From Synechococcus sp. (GTDB lineage Bacteria; Cyanobacteriota; Cyanobacteriia; Thermostichales; PCC-7336), in contig JBFRWN010000075.1 of NCBI GenBank assembly GCA_051439605.1, positions 32,001-96,000 on the forward strand: a DNA stretch of 64,000 bases, read 5' to 3'. The notes below the pieces were generated by a model. The model worked only from the letters and a program-made list of their open reading frames with translations. It did no database searches and was not told where the DNA came from. Made by a program: the position numbers and the translations under genes. Each line of letters starts with the position of its first letter. Positions within the stretch are counted from its first letter, which is position 1. Below are positions 33,793 to 46,572 of the stretch, piece by piece.

Positions 33793-35097
33793 CTAAACCG
33801 CTCGTGGGGCAACTGTACCTCGAAAATGTTGGATGTCATCCATAAAGTAGTGGCGGCGGTTAGTGGTAGACCTTTCGGGATCGTCACTCCACTCAGGCTT
33901 GTAAAGTCCATGTTTGACAAAGGGCCCGTTCCTGTCGTTGTAGGCATTTGCCCCTCTGCGATTGAGTACCAGTTGGTCATTCCGCCACACCCTGATGACA
34001 CCGTCATTTCTGAAGCTCCACCTCATTTCAAACTGCCATTCTTCCCATCTCCCTTTGGTTAAGTTGCCCGTCCACACATTGCCTCCATTCATACTTCTTC
34101 TGGTTGAGATGCGTCTGGGATCCGAGAACACTGCGAGCTCGAATCGGTTCCCCCTCACGTTCAGTGAGACCGGAGGTCTGCGCCAGGGTTCTCCTGCGTC
34201 GGGGCGTGAGTGCCACTGGGTAATGTGTTCGAGCGTCGGATCGTTCTGCCAATCTCGGGGAATGAAAGTGCGGAAGGTATAAGTGTAGGTTTGGCCGTAA
34301 TTGATATTCATACCTCTAGGCACAATCTCGGCTCTGTGCTTCCCATTCCAGAGACGATCGTTTCTGCGTAGATCGAAGTGGATCGCCCTCCCATTTCCTG
34401 CAGGGTTCCTGACCACCTCGATCGCTCGATTGCTGGTAGCTTGACGATTGACATTTCTGAGTCTTCCACTTTCAGCGTTTTCGCGATATATGACCTGGGG
34501 CAGAATTTCTGAGTAAGACTGTGCAACAGATTTGTTGAATGCACTAGCGGATTCAATTGAGCCGTTGGAATATTCAAGATCCCAATCTCCGCCAAGATCG
34601 CTGCTACCAGTCAGGTCATCGGAGGCCGAAATATCTGCCCCAGTGAGGCTGGCTATATCGTCCAAGAACGTTATGCCTTCCTGACCTGCGGCAATGTTGC
34701 AACCGTAAAACAGAATGTCTGCATCCTCTGTAAGGAACTGCTGCCAGGACTGTAATTGAGTTTCATAGTTTTCCAGTTGGCTGGCATCGAGGGTGGCAGT
34801 GCCCAGTTGCAAGGCACCCTCTGAGCCATGGGAAACAATATGCAGGCTGGAAATGTTTTCAGAGTTGGCCAAAGCATCGGTAACTTGAGCAATGCCATCG
34901 AGGCTATCGTCCAAGACGATGACTTCAGTACCCTCTTTTACTTCGGAGATGAGTGTATCGAGCTGCTCGACGGAGGAGTCTACGAACATCAAGCTCACGC
35001 CCGAAGATTGCATCAGAGCATTCCCTTCTTGGGAGGTTGCTACAGGGTATTCCACTTGAATATTGGGTTGCTCGTTCACGAATATTTCTGGAGTCAT
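33793..35097 (-). CDS. DUF4347 domain fused to a polysaccharide lyase-like domain
   Basis: N-half FVDSSV, LHIVSHG, DILFYGC, GGDWDLE; C-half HRAEIV, ITQWHSRP, VKHGLYK. Confidence 0.75.
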   Translation of the reverse strand: MTPEIFVNEQPNIQVEYPVATSQEGNALMQSSGVSLMFVDSSVEQLDTLISEVKEGTEVIVLDDSLDGIAQVTDALANSENISSLHIVSHGSEGALQLGTATLDASQLENYETQLQSWQQFLTEDADILFYGCNIAAGQEGITFLDDIASLTGADISASDDLTGSSDLGGDWDLEYSNGSIESASAFNKSVAQSYSEILPQVIYRENAESGRLRNVNRQATSNRAIEVVRNPAGNGRAIHFDLRRNDRLWNGKHRAEIVPRGMNINYGQTYTYTFRTFIPRDWQNDPTLEHITQWHSRPDAGEPWRRPPVSLNVRGNRFELAVFSDPRRISTRRSMNGGNVWTGNLTKGRWEEWQFEMRWSFRNDGVIRVWRNDQLVLNRRGANAYNDRNGPFVKHGLYKPEWSDDPERSTTNRRHYFMDDIQHFRGTVAPRAV

Positions 35098-36501
35098 AAA
35101 GAATAGGTCCTGTGACTAAAATTCATACAGCTGAGGTGCAAATCGCGACAAATGTTTGCACAAATTATCCAGACTAAACGTCTACCTAAATGCCTATAGA
35201 TTTAGATAGCTAAAAACTTGCCGATAAAGTGAAACCAAGAATAATGAAGCAGCAGATGCCTCAACTCCCCAAGGAGTTCCCAAGAGATAGCTAGAGAATA
35301 GTGCTAGGCAAACAAGCTCGAGAAAACTCGTTGCTTGTTGTCCCTGTTCAACGAGACTTCCCTACAAACTCCCGTTCAGATGTCTATGTCATCTGCAAAA
35401 AAGCACTGGCCCAATATCGAGGGGCTCCGGCCAGGAATTTAGAGAAAGAGAACTGGGTTTGTCGCGTTCCACAATAATATGTCTGATGCTGTAAGCATCG
35501 ATGGGTGGGGTCATTGAAGAGCAATCGCTAAATTGCGATCGATCCAAGACTTAGGGGTATAGCTAAATTCAGCACGACACCGCCACCCAATTGATGGTGA
35601 GCAATCGAGGGTCTAATTAGGTATAGATTGAAGCTCATAATCTTAACGAATCTAGATGGGACATGAATTTCTGTGCCGCAATATTTGCTAAGTCCGAAGG
35701 ATTCGTAAACGAGTTCCGGATCCGCAATAATCAATGTGCACTTGATTGTTGACGCAGATCGTTTTGCATATGTTTCATCCATTTAGGCACAGGAAGAGTA
35801 ACAGAGCGTTGCGAAGTGTGCAGATAATGTATTATATATATTTTTTTACAATTCCCTTTACGTATTGCTTGTTCTCTATACTGATTTTGTCATTATGGAC
35901 GCCAATATATAGCCAAAATCATTCTTTCAAGACATCCAATTGCCAATGTGATTTAATGTAAACAAATTACAATAATTCATGACGCTCCCTTACGTTTATT
36001 TCTTTTTCCATGTCGCCTGTTTCTCCCTCCACGCTAAACCAGCTATCGAGGGATGCCAGGCTAATCAATATCTTGTCAGGCGGATGTTTTCCCTCATTCA
36101 GAATGCTGATTTGGTAGATGTCGCGTTTGGTTTTCAGAGAGAGACAGATGGCAAATGGTCATCCGGTTCATTCAAAAGATCCGTTTAAATCCGAAGCCCC
36201 TGAAAGGAGCATTTTTTTGGGCAAAAGTTTCCGGTTGACCACCCAGATATTAAAGGAAGCAGTAAACCATGTTGCGTTCATTCGTAGGTCTTAATTCAGA
36301 AAAACGTGGGATAAACGATCGTATCTTCCCAAAACAAAGGAGGAGCGGCCAATCCAGTAGTCTCCGACCTCAAGTCTTCGGGCAAGCAGTGCTTTTTATG
36401 CTTATTGACGAATGACCAAATCTCATCCGCCACCTTCGATTCACTTTCTATTGCCTTAATTTCTGTAAATGTTGGCTTGCAGTCAGCAAAACGGAAGGTC
36501 T

Positions 36502-36666
36502 ATGGGGAGCCTTTCCGACTTCGAGTCGGTAGACTCCGATGGAAACTGGGTCCCGAGCTGCAAAGATAATTTCTTACTCGAACAGCAAGACCAGCAAACG
36601 CAACACTTTTTTCGCTACCTGCGACCTTTTGCGATCGAAGGCACGGTATTCCACCGAGAATACTAA
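36502..36666 (+). CDS. Possible small protein (54 aa)
   Basis: ATG preceded by GGAAGG, directly upstream of a co-oriented gene; no recognisable motif. Confidence 0.25.
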   Translation: MGSLSDFESVDSDGNWVPSCKDNFLLEQQDQQTQHFFRYLRPFAIEGTVFHREY

Positions 36667-36718
36667 GAATGACTTGAATAGAATGAAAATGTAATGGGTC
36701 ACCTGGAGGAATGTCCCA

Positions 36719-38083
36719 GTGGTTGCAGCGCGCGCTCAAGTGATTGAAGCAGTCGAGCAATTGGGATTGAGGGTCACTGTAGGAGAAGTAGCTGCCCACA
36801 CGGGACTCTCGCTAACACATGCAAGGCAGCAAATTCAAGGGTTAGCTCAGACGGCCGAGGGCCACCTGCAAGTGTCTAGCGGTGGGGATATTGTCTACGC
36901 CTTTCAACCCAGCTTTCGCAACATCCTGGCTCAGAAGGCTCGACAATCCAAGCTTGAGGTCTTCCGACAGCGGCTGTGGCAAGGCTTTTTGTACGGGTTA
37001 CGCATATCTTTCGGAGTTGTATTGCTGGTTTCGATCGCTCTAGCGATCGCAGCAATCACGATATTAATCATTGCCAGCAGCCGAGACCGAGACAGGCGCT
37101 CGGGGGGCGGCAGCTCTCGCCGCTACTCGGGCGGGGGGGGCACCAGTTTTTACGGGGGTGGTTTCTACATTCCCAACTTGTGGATAGGCAATCCCTTTTT
37201 CCGGCCAATGCGTTCTTTTCGAAGAGGATCTCCATACAGACGCACTGATATCGGCGGCCATTTGGGTTACCCCAAGCCCATTCGAAGCCGTCAGCAATTA
37301 GAGGAACCCAAAAAGCTCAATTTTTTAGAGGCAGTGTATTCGGTTCTATTTGGGGATGGCAATCCCAACGAAGATATTGAAGACAGACAGGACAGTGCCA
37401 TTGCCAGCCGCATCGCTAAAAACGGTGGGGTGGTAGCTGCCGAAGAAGTCTTGCCCTACCTACAGTCCCCTCCCGATCGGCTATCTGAGTACGAGGATTT
37501 CATGCTGCCCGTACTCGTCAAATACGATGGCTTCCCTAAGGTGAGCGATCGCGGCGAATTGGTATACCACTTCCCCCAACTGCAGGTCACTACCGAACAA
37601 GCTGTCTCTCGGTTCATACCTGAGACCCTTGAAGAGCAGGCTTGGGGATTCACCATGGCGACAGCAAGTCAACGCACCACTGTTTTGGCTTTAGGCGTGG
37701 TTAATTTTCTGTTGTGGGCCATGCTGCAGAGTTATGCTGGCACCCTTGCTGACATCTTGACTTTGCCTGTGGGGCTAGTGGCAGGAGTTTTCGGCCTGCT
37801 TGCCCTTTACGGAGGAGCGTTTTTAGTAGTGCCCCTGGTGCGCTGGTTTACCCTCCAAAAGCGCAATCGAATGATAGAAATCAGGAACCAACAAAGACAA
37901 AACTGGAGCAGGCAGCTGCAGTCTCCCTCTGAAGCATTACAGCACAAACAAGAATTTGCCCGCCAGTTTGCCCGTATGGAGATACTGGAAGAGGACGAGG
38001 CTATTTATCGCAGCGATCGCGAAGTCATCGAGCAGCGCGATTACCGTCTTGATAGTCCTGAATTTCGTTCACTCAAAGACTAA
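36719..38083 (+). CDS. Conserved cyanobacterial/plastid membrane protein (At5g03900-like)
   Basis: RVTVGEVAA, GHLQVS, FLEAVYSVLFGDGNPN, GELVYHFPQLQ; TM segments. Confidence 0.8.
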   Translation: MVAARAQVIEAVEQLGLRVTVGEVAAHTGLSLTHARQQIQGLAQTAEGHLQVSSGGDIVYAFQPSFRNILAQKARQSKLEVFRQRLWQGFLYGLRISFGVVLLVSIALAIAAITILIIASSRDRDRRSGGGSSRRYSGGGGTSFYGGGFYIPNLWIGNPFFRPMRSFRRGSPYRRTDIGGHLGYPKPIRSRQQLEEPKKLNFLEAVYSVLFGDGNPNEDIEDRQDSAIASRIAKNGGVVAAEEVLPYLQSPPDRLSEYEDFMLPVLVKYDGFPKVSDRGELVYHFPQLQVTTEQAVSRFIPETLEEQAWGFTMATASQRTTVLALGVVNFLLWAMLQSYAGTLADILTLPVGLVAGVFGLLALYGGAFLVVPLVRWFTLQKRNRMIEIRNQQRQNWSRQLQSPSEALQHKQEFARQFARMEILEEDEAIYRSDREVIEQRDYRLDSPEFRSLKD

Positions 38084-38223
38084 TATTAACGTCAGTTTGA
38101 TAGTCTTGGCTCTTATGCAAAATGAGTGCCTCCTTAAAGAAAATAGAGTCATTCGAGGCTCATGTTCCACTTCCCCGAGCTGGGAGAGGAGCTAGGGGAG
38201 GGGGCCATCGAACTCAGGCAATA

Positions 38224-38754
38224 TTACAGGCGCTGCCAAATCTGCTGAAGGCGATCTTGAAGGAGTGGCTTTGCTTGTATTTCCAGAAAAATCTCATGAA
38301 ATCGCTCCACAGCCATCCCCTCCCCTTCAACCACTTGCTGCATATCTTGCTCCAGTTGTTCTCGAACAAGATTGACATTTTCTTCAGCGCGTAGAAAGTG
38401 GACTAGCTCGCTGGTGTCGATCCCCTGCCGATTATCGCGAATTTTTAAATACCGTTCGGGGGTCAGGTCTTCGTCTGAGATGGCGGCCGCCAATTCTACT
38501 TTTGCAGTTTTCCTCAATTCCACCATCTGTGCAAATGCACGCGCGAAGGTTTCCAGTTCCGCTTGGGATAGCGTATCGGTTTCGAATTCGGAAGGGAGTA
38601 GCTCTCTACTGGCGGGTGGTTCTATCTGTTCTGTACCGCCTGCCTCTGGCATTGTTTCTGCAGCCTTAGCCTTAAGCAAGCAGGGGAAGAGGGATATCAA
38701 CAAAAACATTGAGACGAATGCGATCGTCCAGCAATACAGAAAGAACCGGAGCAT
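38224..38754 (-). CDS. DUF4168-like secreted protein
   Basis: Signal peptide; ELETFARAF, repeated L/M-x-x-ER-Y/F-x-x-I helices; start uncertain. Confidence 0.7.
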   Translation of the reverse strand: MLRFFLYCWTIAFVSMFLLISLFPCLLKAKAAETMPEAGGTEQIEPPASRELLPSEFETDTLSQAELETFARAFAQMVELRKTAKVELAAAISDEDLTPERYLKIRDNRQGIDTSELVHFLRAEENVNLVREQLEQDMQQVVEGEGMAVERFHEIFLEIQAKPLLQDRLQQIWQRL

Positions 38755-39103
38755 TCCCCTCTCTAGGGCAGATCTCTTCACTCCTCTCGGCGATTCAACT
38801 TCTAAGCAAACCATCCCTAAACAATCCCATTGCTTTGCAAGGCGATCGCCAGCAGAATCAAGCGAACAGGCCATGACGACCAAACGAAAAATTCACACGC
38901 GAGCTGACGATAACAAGTTTTGACGTTAACGAGTTCTGAAGACGATACGTCCTGAAGTTACCCCACCCGATATCCAAGCTAACGATAGTTTTACGTATCC
39001 ACCAGATGCGCTAGCAAAGTTTAATGATTGTCCCAGTAAGATGGCAGTTATTCCCTCCGGGCAAGCGGACGTGACCGAGGAATCTGAAGTCCAGTTGGCC
39101 TTT

Positions 39104-39844
39104 TTAAGGCTTGGGCAAGTCAGCAGCAATCTCGTAAACCTCATTGATGTATTCAGCCACGTGGGAAGGAATACCAATTTGGCGGGTGCGAGTCAGTCCT
39201 TGACGATAGCTGGCCAAAGTCCAGTGGGTGGCCTGACTTTCCTCCACACCATCAGCCAGCCACGTGTCGTACAAGGTTCGAATCCAGCGGGTGGTGCCTT
39301 CGAGATTTTGACGAATATCGTAGCGATCGCGAATCCCCAAGTCCTTGGCCAGCGAGGCTGAAATTTGCCCCAACCCCCGCGCTCCGCTGCGGGAGGTGGC
39401 TTTGGGGTTAAACCCTGATTCGCGGGCCACTAACCCCGCAATCAAGCGTGGGTCAATGCCATATTCGCGGCTGTAGTGTTCTGTCCAGCGCGCGATGGTG
39501 TCTATTTCGGAGGTTGCGAGATCGGGATTGTAGTTGCGGATCAAACTCGTCAGATCGTTGCTGTAGGTTTGGGCAAGCAATTGGGTTGAAGTTGAGGCTT
39601 TAGTGGAGAATAAAAAACCATCCAGAATAGGAGTATGCAAGGCTTGAGATTGGCGCTGTCGATCGAGGAAAGGAGAACTATTGGCCCATGCAGAATTGGC
39701 GATCGCCCCCGAAATTAAACTGATGCTGATGAGGATGCCCAGGCCAACCCGCCGTTCAAATTGCAGAGGTAGAAACTCTTCTGTGCAGCCCTTTTTCCGC
39801 AAGCAACTTAGTACGCTCCGCTTTGGATGTGCTTGCAGTCCCAT
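39104..39844 (-). CDS. Lytic transglycosylase (SLT domain); start uncertain
   Basis: GIDPRLIAGLVARESGFNPKATSRSGARGLGQI, LASY. Confidence 0.85.
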   Translation of the reverse strand: MGLQAHPKRSVLSCLRKKGCTEEFLPLQFERRVGLGILISISLISGAIANSAWANSSPFLDRQRQSQALHTPILDGFLFSTKASTSTQLLAQTYSNDLTSLIRNYNPDLATSEIDTIARWTEHYSREYGIDPRLIAGLVARESGFNPKATSRSGARGLGQISASLAKDLGIRDRYDIRQNLEGTTRWIRTLYDTWLADGVEESQATHWTLASYRQGLTRTRQIGIPSHVAEYINEVYEIAADLPKP

Positions 39845-39966
39845 CGGTCTTCAACCTCTACTCTGCTGCCAATACACAGTAGCCGCGATTTAGCGCTATA
39901 GCTCTTCCAAAAAGCGTCGAGATCCAACTGGCTACCGCAATGATTTGCAACATCTGTTGCTGGCTA

Positions 39967-40295
39967 TTACTTCTTACCAAACATCCGATCGCCAGCATCT
40001 CCCAACCCCGAAACACTATATCCGTGCTCGTCCAACCGCTCGTCGATCGCCGCCTTCGTGACCGCCAACTCCCCCTTTTCCTTGAGAAAGCGACCGTCCG
40101 CTTTCAGGCGATCGTCATCCACCGTCGCCTGTAGCTCAGGAATATTGATTGGGTGGAATTGGTGAGCGTGGCAAACACCGGCCCCCGCTGCTGCGGATCG
40201 GGGTGCCCCCACTGAATGGGTAAGGGTTTTGGTCCAAATCGCCCTGGATGTGAGGTCAGAATGATGTGCTTGTGGCGTGGGGGCTGCTGGGACAT
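39967..40295 (-). pseudogene. Deletion scar fusing two pieces of a GTP cyclohydrolase II-like (Urc1) gene to the 3' end of upp
   Basis: HIILTSHPG...[14 protein letters not shown]; then in another frame INIPELQ...RLKADG...VTKAAI; then [24 protein letters not shown] (UPRT C-terminal signature). Confidence 0.85.
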
Positions 40296-40632
40296 AGGGC
40301 GCTAGTCCGACAGGTTAGGGCAGCAGTTTTACTGACTAGAACATGCGTATGTGTCGTTTTAACTGCATATTTCTGAGATGCGCATGTGACCGTGATTCAG
40401 GGGGATCGCTTTTCTTCAATAGTTAGTGCGATTGACACACCTAAACTGATCGGATAGGACTTACCCATCAAGTCCCATACAACAATTGTTACCCTGGATG
40501 TCTCGGCAAACCTCTTGCAGAAATATCGCCTGTCTGTACTGCTGCAGGAGTAGTCATCTCAGAAAACACACATACTCCGATAGCAGTTTAAAGTAATTTC
40601 CTTCACCAGCCCTCGATCGGCCGTTTCCCACC

Positions 40633-43824
<3,192 letters not shown>

Positions 43825-43876
43825 GTGCCGGGCTTAGAGAGTCTTTTGACAGACAAGCAAACAGAGAGGTTGCAAG

Positions 43877-44719
43877 ATGGCAAGGATGAGTCGGACTTGG
43901 TGGGGAGAGCGGTTTTTGGAGGCCATGCAGGAGTTCGCCGAACCGGGGCGGCTGCAACGAGGGCGATCGTATTCTGGCGAGAGTCGCATTCTCAAGTTCG
44001 ATATTCGGCACGGTCAGATTACTGCCACCGTGCGGGGCAATCGCAACCCCTATTTTGGGGTATACAAGGAGCCCAAATACAGTGTGGATGTTGCCCTCAC
44101 CCCCATTCCGGCGGAGGATTGGCCGGATATTATTCGCCATCTTTCCTCCAAAGCGGGATCGGTGGCAAAACTTCTGTTGAACGAGATGCCCGACGGAATT
44201 GAAGAGAGCTTCGAGCTGTTGGATTATTTTCTATTGCCGGTTGGCTTTGATGATTTTCAAAGTAGTTGTTCCTGCCCCGATTGGTCGCGTCCCTGCAAGC
44301 ATATTGCCGGGGTTTGCTACCGGCTGGCCCAGCAATTGGATCGCGATCCGTTTCTGCTGTTCGAACTGCGCGGTTTGTCTCGGGAGGACTTACATGCAGA
44401 GCTGCTGAAGTCGCCGTTGGGAAAGGCGCTGGCGGCGGAGTTGAGTATTGAGCAGGATTTGAAACCCCAGCATGTAGAGTCTTTGTTTGTGCGCCCAATG
44501 TTGAAGGGGGTGGAGCGATCGCTGGCTCCGAAAGAGTTTTGGCAAGGGGAAAAGCGACTTCCCCAGGCGGTTAAGTCAGAACTTCCGGCTGCAGTCCCAG
44601 CAATATTAATCAAGAAGCAAGGAGACTATCCGCCATTTTGGGACAAAGATAAGTCATTTATTGAGGTCATGGAAGAACTGTATACGAGGGTTAAGTTCAA
44701 GAACACCAAGATGCTTTGA
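43877..44719 (+). CDS. SWIM zinc finger protein
   Basis: CSCPDWSRPCKH; RTWWG, RLQRGRSY, DPFLLFELRG. Confidence 0.92.
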   Translation: MARMSRTWWGERFLEAMQEFAEPGRLQRGRSYSGESRILKFDIRHGQITATVRGNRNPYFGVYKEPKYSVDVALTPIPAEDWPDIIRHLSSKAGSVAKLLLNEMPDGIEESFELLDYFLLPVGFDDFQSSCSCPDWSRPCKHIAGVCYRLAQQLDRDPFLLFELRGLSREDLHAELLKSPLGKALAAELSIEQDLKPQHVESLFVRPMLKGVERSLAPKEFWQGEKRLPQAVKSELPAAVPAILIKKQGDYPPFWDKDKSFIEVMEELYTRVKFKNTKML

Positions 44720-44755
44720 AGTGTCTACTCGCAGAAACAGTCCTAACACGCTGAA

Positions 44756-45808
44756 TTATGGCACCGACCAAATCCGGTGGTGATAGTCTGATTCTTTGGC
44801 ATAAGGATCTTCAGCAATCCCATGATGGTGTTGCCCGTGCTCTCGCCCGTGAGGGTGTTTGTGGTGGTGCTCGTGACTACGCTCGCCGTGGCTGTGTTCA
44901 GCAGCCCCCAAAGCTTCGCTCGTTGCAATCCGAAACTTACACAACTGACAGTTCATCTGAATCTGCCCCTCCTGAGCCTCCCGCTCCCGCACGTATAGCG
45001 ACTGCAGCACCGCAGGACTTATTCCCAACTCCGGCAAACAGACAATCTCGGTACCAGAATGAGCTTCGTTTCTGGCTACCGTCGCCGCCTGAATCTTCTT
45101 CACCAACACCCCGGTGAAGAGGAAATAAGGCACCACAATTATCCGCTTAGGCTTCAACAGCAGCGCGCGATCGAACCCCACCTCCAAACGCGGGTGAGTA
45201 ATGCCCACAAAGCACACCTCGATCGCCCCATATCCGCTTCCTTCCCACAGCAGTCGCGCCAGCTTACAAGCCTCGCTATTGGCCTCCGGATCGCTTGACC
45301 CTCGCCCGACAAATAGCAAGGTGGTGTCTGCCCTATCCACCTGCGAACCTGAAATAGCCAAAGAGCCCTCAAGTGCAGACAAGTTAGCCCTCAATCCTTC
45401 CAATAGTTCGGTCGTAATGCCCAAAGGAGCACCGTAGTGGAACGCAATCTGGGGAAATCGTTGACTGAGAGTATCCAGCTCGTTGGTGATGTCGAATTTG
45501 TTATGGCGAGCACCAAATAGCAGCACAGGTAACGCCACAACATCCTTGTATCCCAAGCGATCGCATTCGGCCACCCCATCCGCAATCGTCGGTTCGGTCA
45601 ACTCTAGAAAGCAGGGAATAACCGGACGGCGGCAATCGTACTGAGCAAACGCTGCTGCCAGATCTATCAGAGCTTGACGACCATCGGTATCTCTAGAACC
45701 GTGGCCAATGAGTAGGACCGGCAGTGGATCCACATTCTCAACAACAGAAGTGCTAGTCCTTGCTTCATTCGCGAGAGAATGCTCGATTCGTGGCTTTGAT
45801 ACAGTCAA
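44756..45808 (-). CDS. cbiX: Sirohydrochlorin cobaltochelatase CbiX with His-rich C-terminus
   Basis: LLIGHGSRD, CFLEL, ARHNK, GRGSSD, MNCQLCKFR, His-rich tail; proposed TTG start at 45808 follows GAGG (start inferred). Confidence 0.9.
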   Translation of the reverse strand: MTVSKPRIEHSLANEARTSTSVVENVDPLPVLLIGHGSRDTDGRQALIDLAAAFAQYDCRRPVIPCFLELTEPTIADGVAECDRLGYKDVVALPVLLFGARHNKFDITNELDTLSQRFPQIAFHYGAPLGITTELLEGLRANLSALEGSLAISGSQVDRADTTLLFVGRGSSDPEANSEACKLARLLWEGSGYGAIEVCFVGITHPRLEVGFDRALLLKPKRIIVVPYFLFTGVLVKKIQAATVARNEAHSGTEIVCLPELGISPAVLQSLYVREREAQEGQIQMNCQLCKFRIATSEALGAAEHSHGERSHEHHHKHPHGREHGQHHHGIAEDPYAKESDYHHRIWSVP

Positions 45809-45897
45809 TTCAACCTCACAAACAGAAATTCGTTCTCTTGTCTCTGACCGTTGGCATCTCTCCATTGCAATTCCACAAATGTGGGCACAACAGGCAC
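45805..45897 (-). other. Candidate 30-aa leader ORF coupled to cbiX
   Basis: GTG...TGA encodes MPVVPTFVELQWRDANGQRQENEFLFVRLN; the stop overlaps the proposed cbiX TTG (TTGA); AGGAG lies just upstream. Confidence 0.3.
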
Positions 45898-45902
45898 TCT
45901 CT

Positions 45903-45981
45903 CCTGACAAGCCTATGGCTGTTTTCATCTCAGTTAGGACAGCACAACCTATGCCTGTCAGGGTTTGGGATCGCTGAGATG
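45903..45981 (-). promoter_or_regulatory. Structured leader upstream of cbiX
   Basis: Imperfect inverted repeat 45903-45922 / 45944-45962; loop 8-mer 45926-45933 is complementary to 45974-45981. Confidence 0.5.
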
Positions 45982-46036
45982 GCAAAAGCAATTTAACGGC
46001 CGCCACAGACGGTGAAATCGTCAAATGAGACTTTGG

Positions 46037-46045
46037 ATTGTAGCA
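46037..46045 (-). promoter_or_regulatory. Putative extended -10 element for cbiX
   Basis: TGCTACAAT on the minus strand (TGn-TAnAAT). Confidence 0.4.
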
Positions 46046-46374
46046 TGCCAAAATTGACCCTCAGCCCTTGCCACATGAGAGATGCGGGTAGAGTATCTCC
46101 CTCCTCAAGCAAACCCCCTCCCAATTCCCTACCCCAAAGTATGAGTTGGGATAAAGCGTTCACCAGGGAGATCGCTCTCCACCACTGAAATCTCAGCATG
46201 GGTAGATGGGGTTTTCCATCCCCTCTGAGGGGATACAGGACAGAAGTTTGGCTTAAGAGAAAGTGAAAGATTCCATCTGCCAAAGCTCTAACAGGAATCT
46301 CTTAGTTGCATTTTCAATCTCGGGATGAATAGGGATCTTGGGACGCCCTCATCGGTCATCGTTCGGCTCGGGTT

Positions 46375-46572
46375 TTAGGAAGAACTGGCAAGGGTTTCGT
46401 ATAGCTTCTGCCAGTTTTCATCAGACATCATCGTCCCTGGCTTCTCAATCCCCTTCTGTTTTAAATAAGCCGCCAGTTGCCTGAAGCGGTCTTTCCAAGG
46501 CTGCTCGAAGTTAACCCCCGCCAACTGATAAACCTTCTTCCGCAGCTCTGCCTGAACTGGAGTCAGTGCCAT
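46375..46572 (-). CDS. Small hypothetical protein (65 aa)
   Basis: ATG with GAGG upstream; amphipathic helical composition; no competing long ORF. Confidence 0.6.
   Translation of the reverse strand: MALTPVQAELRKKVYQLAGVNFEQPWKDRFRQLAAYLKQKGIEKPGTMMSDENWQKLYETLASSS

Noticed and set aside
35300..35370. GGCAAAC-containing hairpin as a c-di-GMP-I riboswitch
   Set aside because: Lacks the GACGCAAA junction and second stem, and is on the opposite strand to the adjacent lyase gene
38165..38210. G-rich palindromic stretch between convergent genes
   Set aside because: Single degenerate short element, not an array
39860..39900. Possible second IS630 end (CCQYT...ATTTAGCGCTATA)
   Set aside because: Too short, with no recognisable transposase sequence upstream
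45920..45940. CUGAGAUGAAA as a hammerhead ribozyme core
   Set aside because: Does not fit CUGAnGA...GAAA with an intervening stem II
45809..46051. 81-aa N-terminal extension of CbiX in the ORF track
   Set aside because: Begins upstream of the putative -10, shows no chelatase similarity and spans a structured region; more likely 5' UTR
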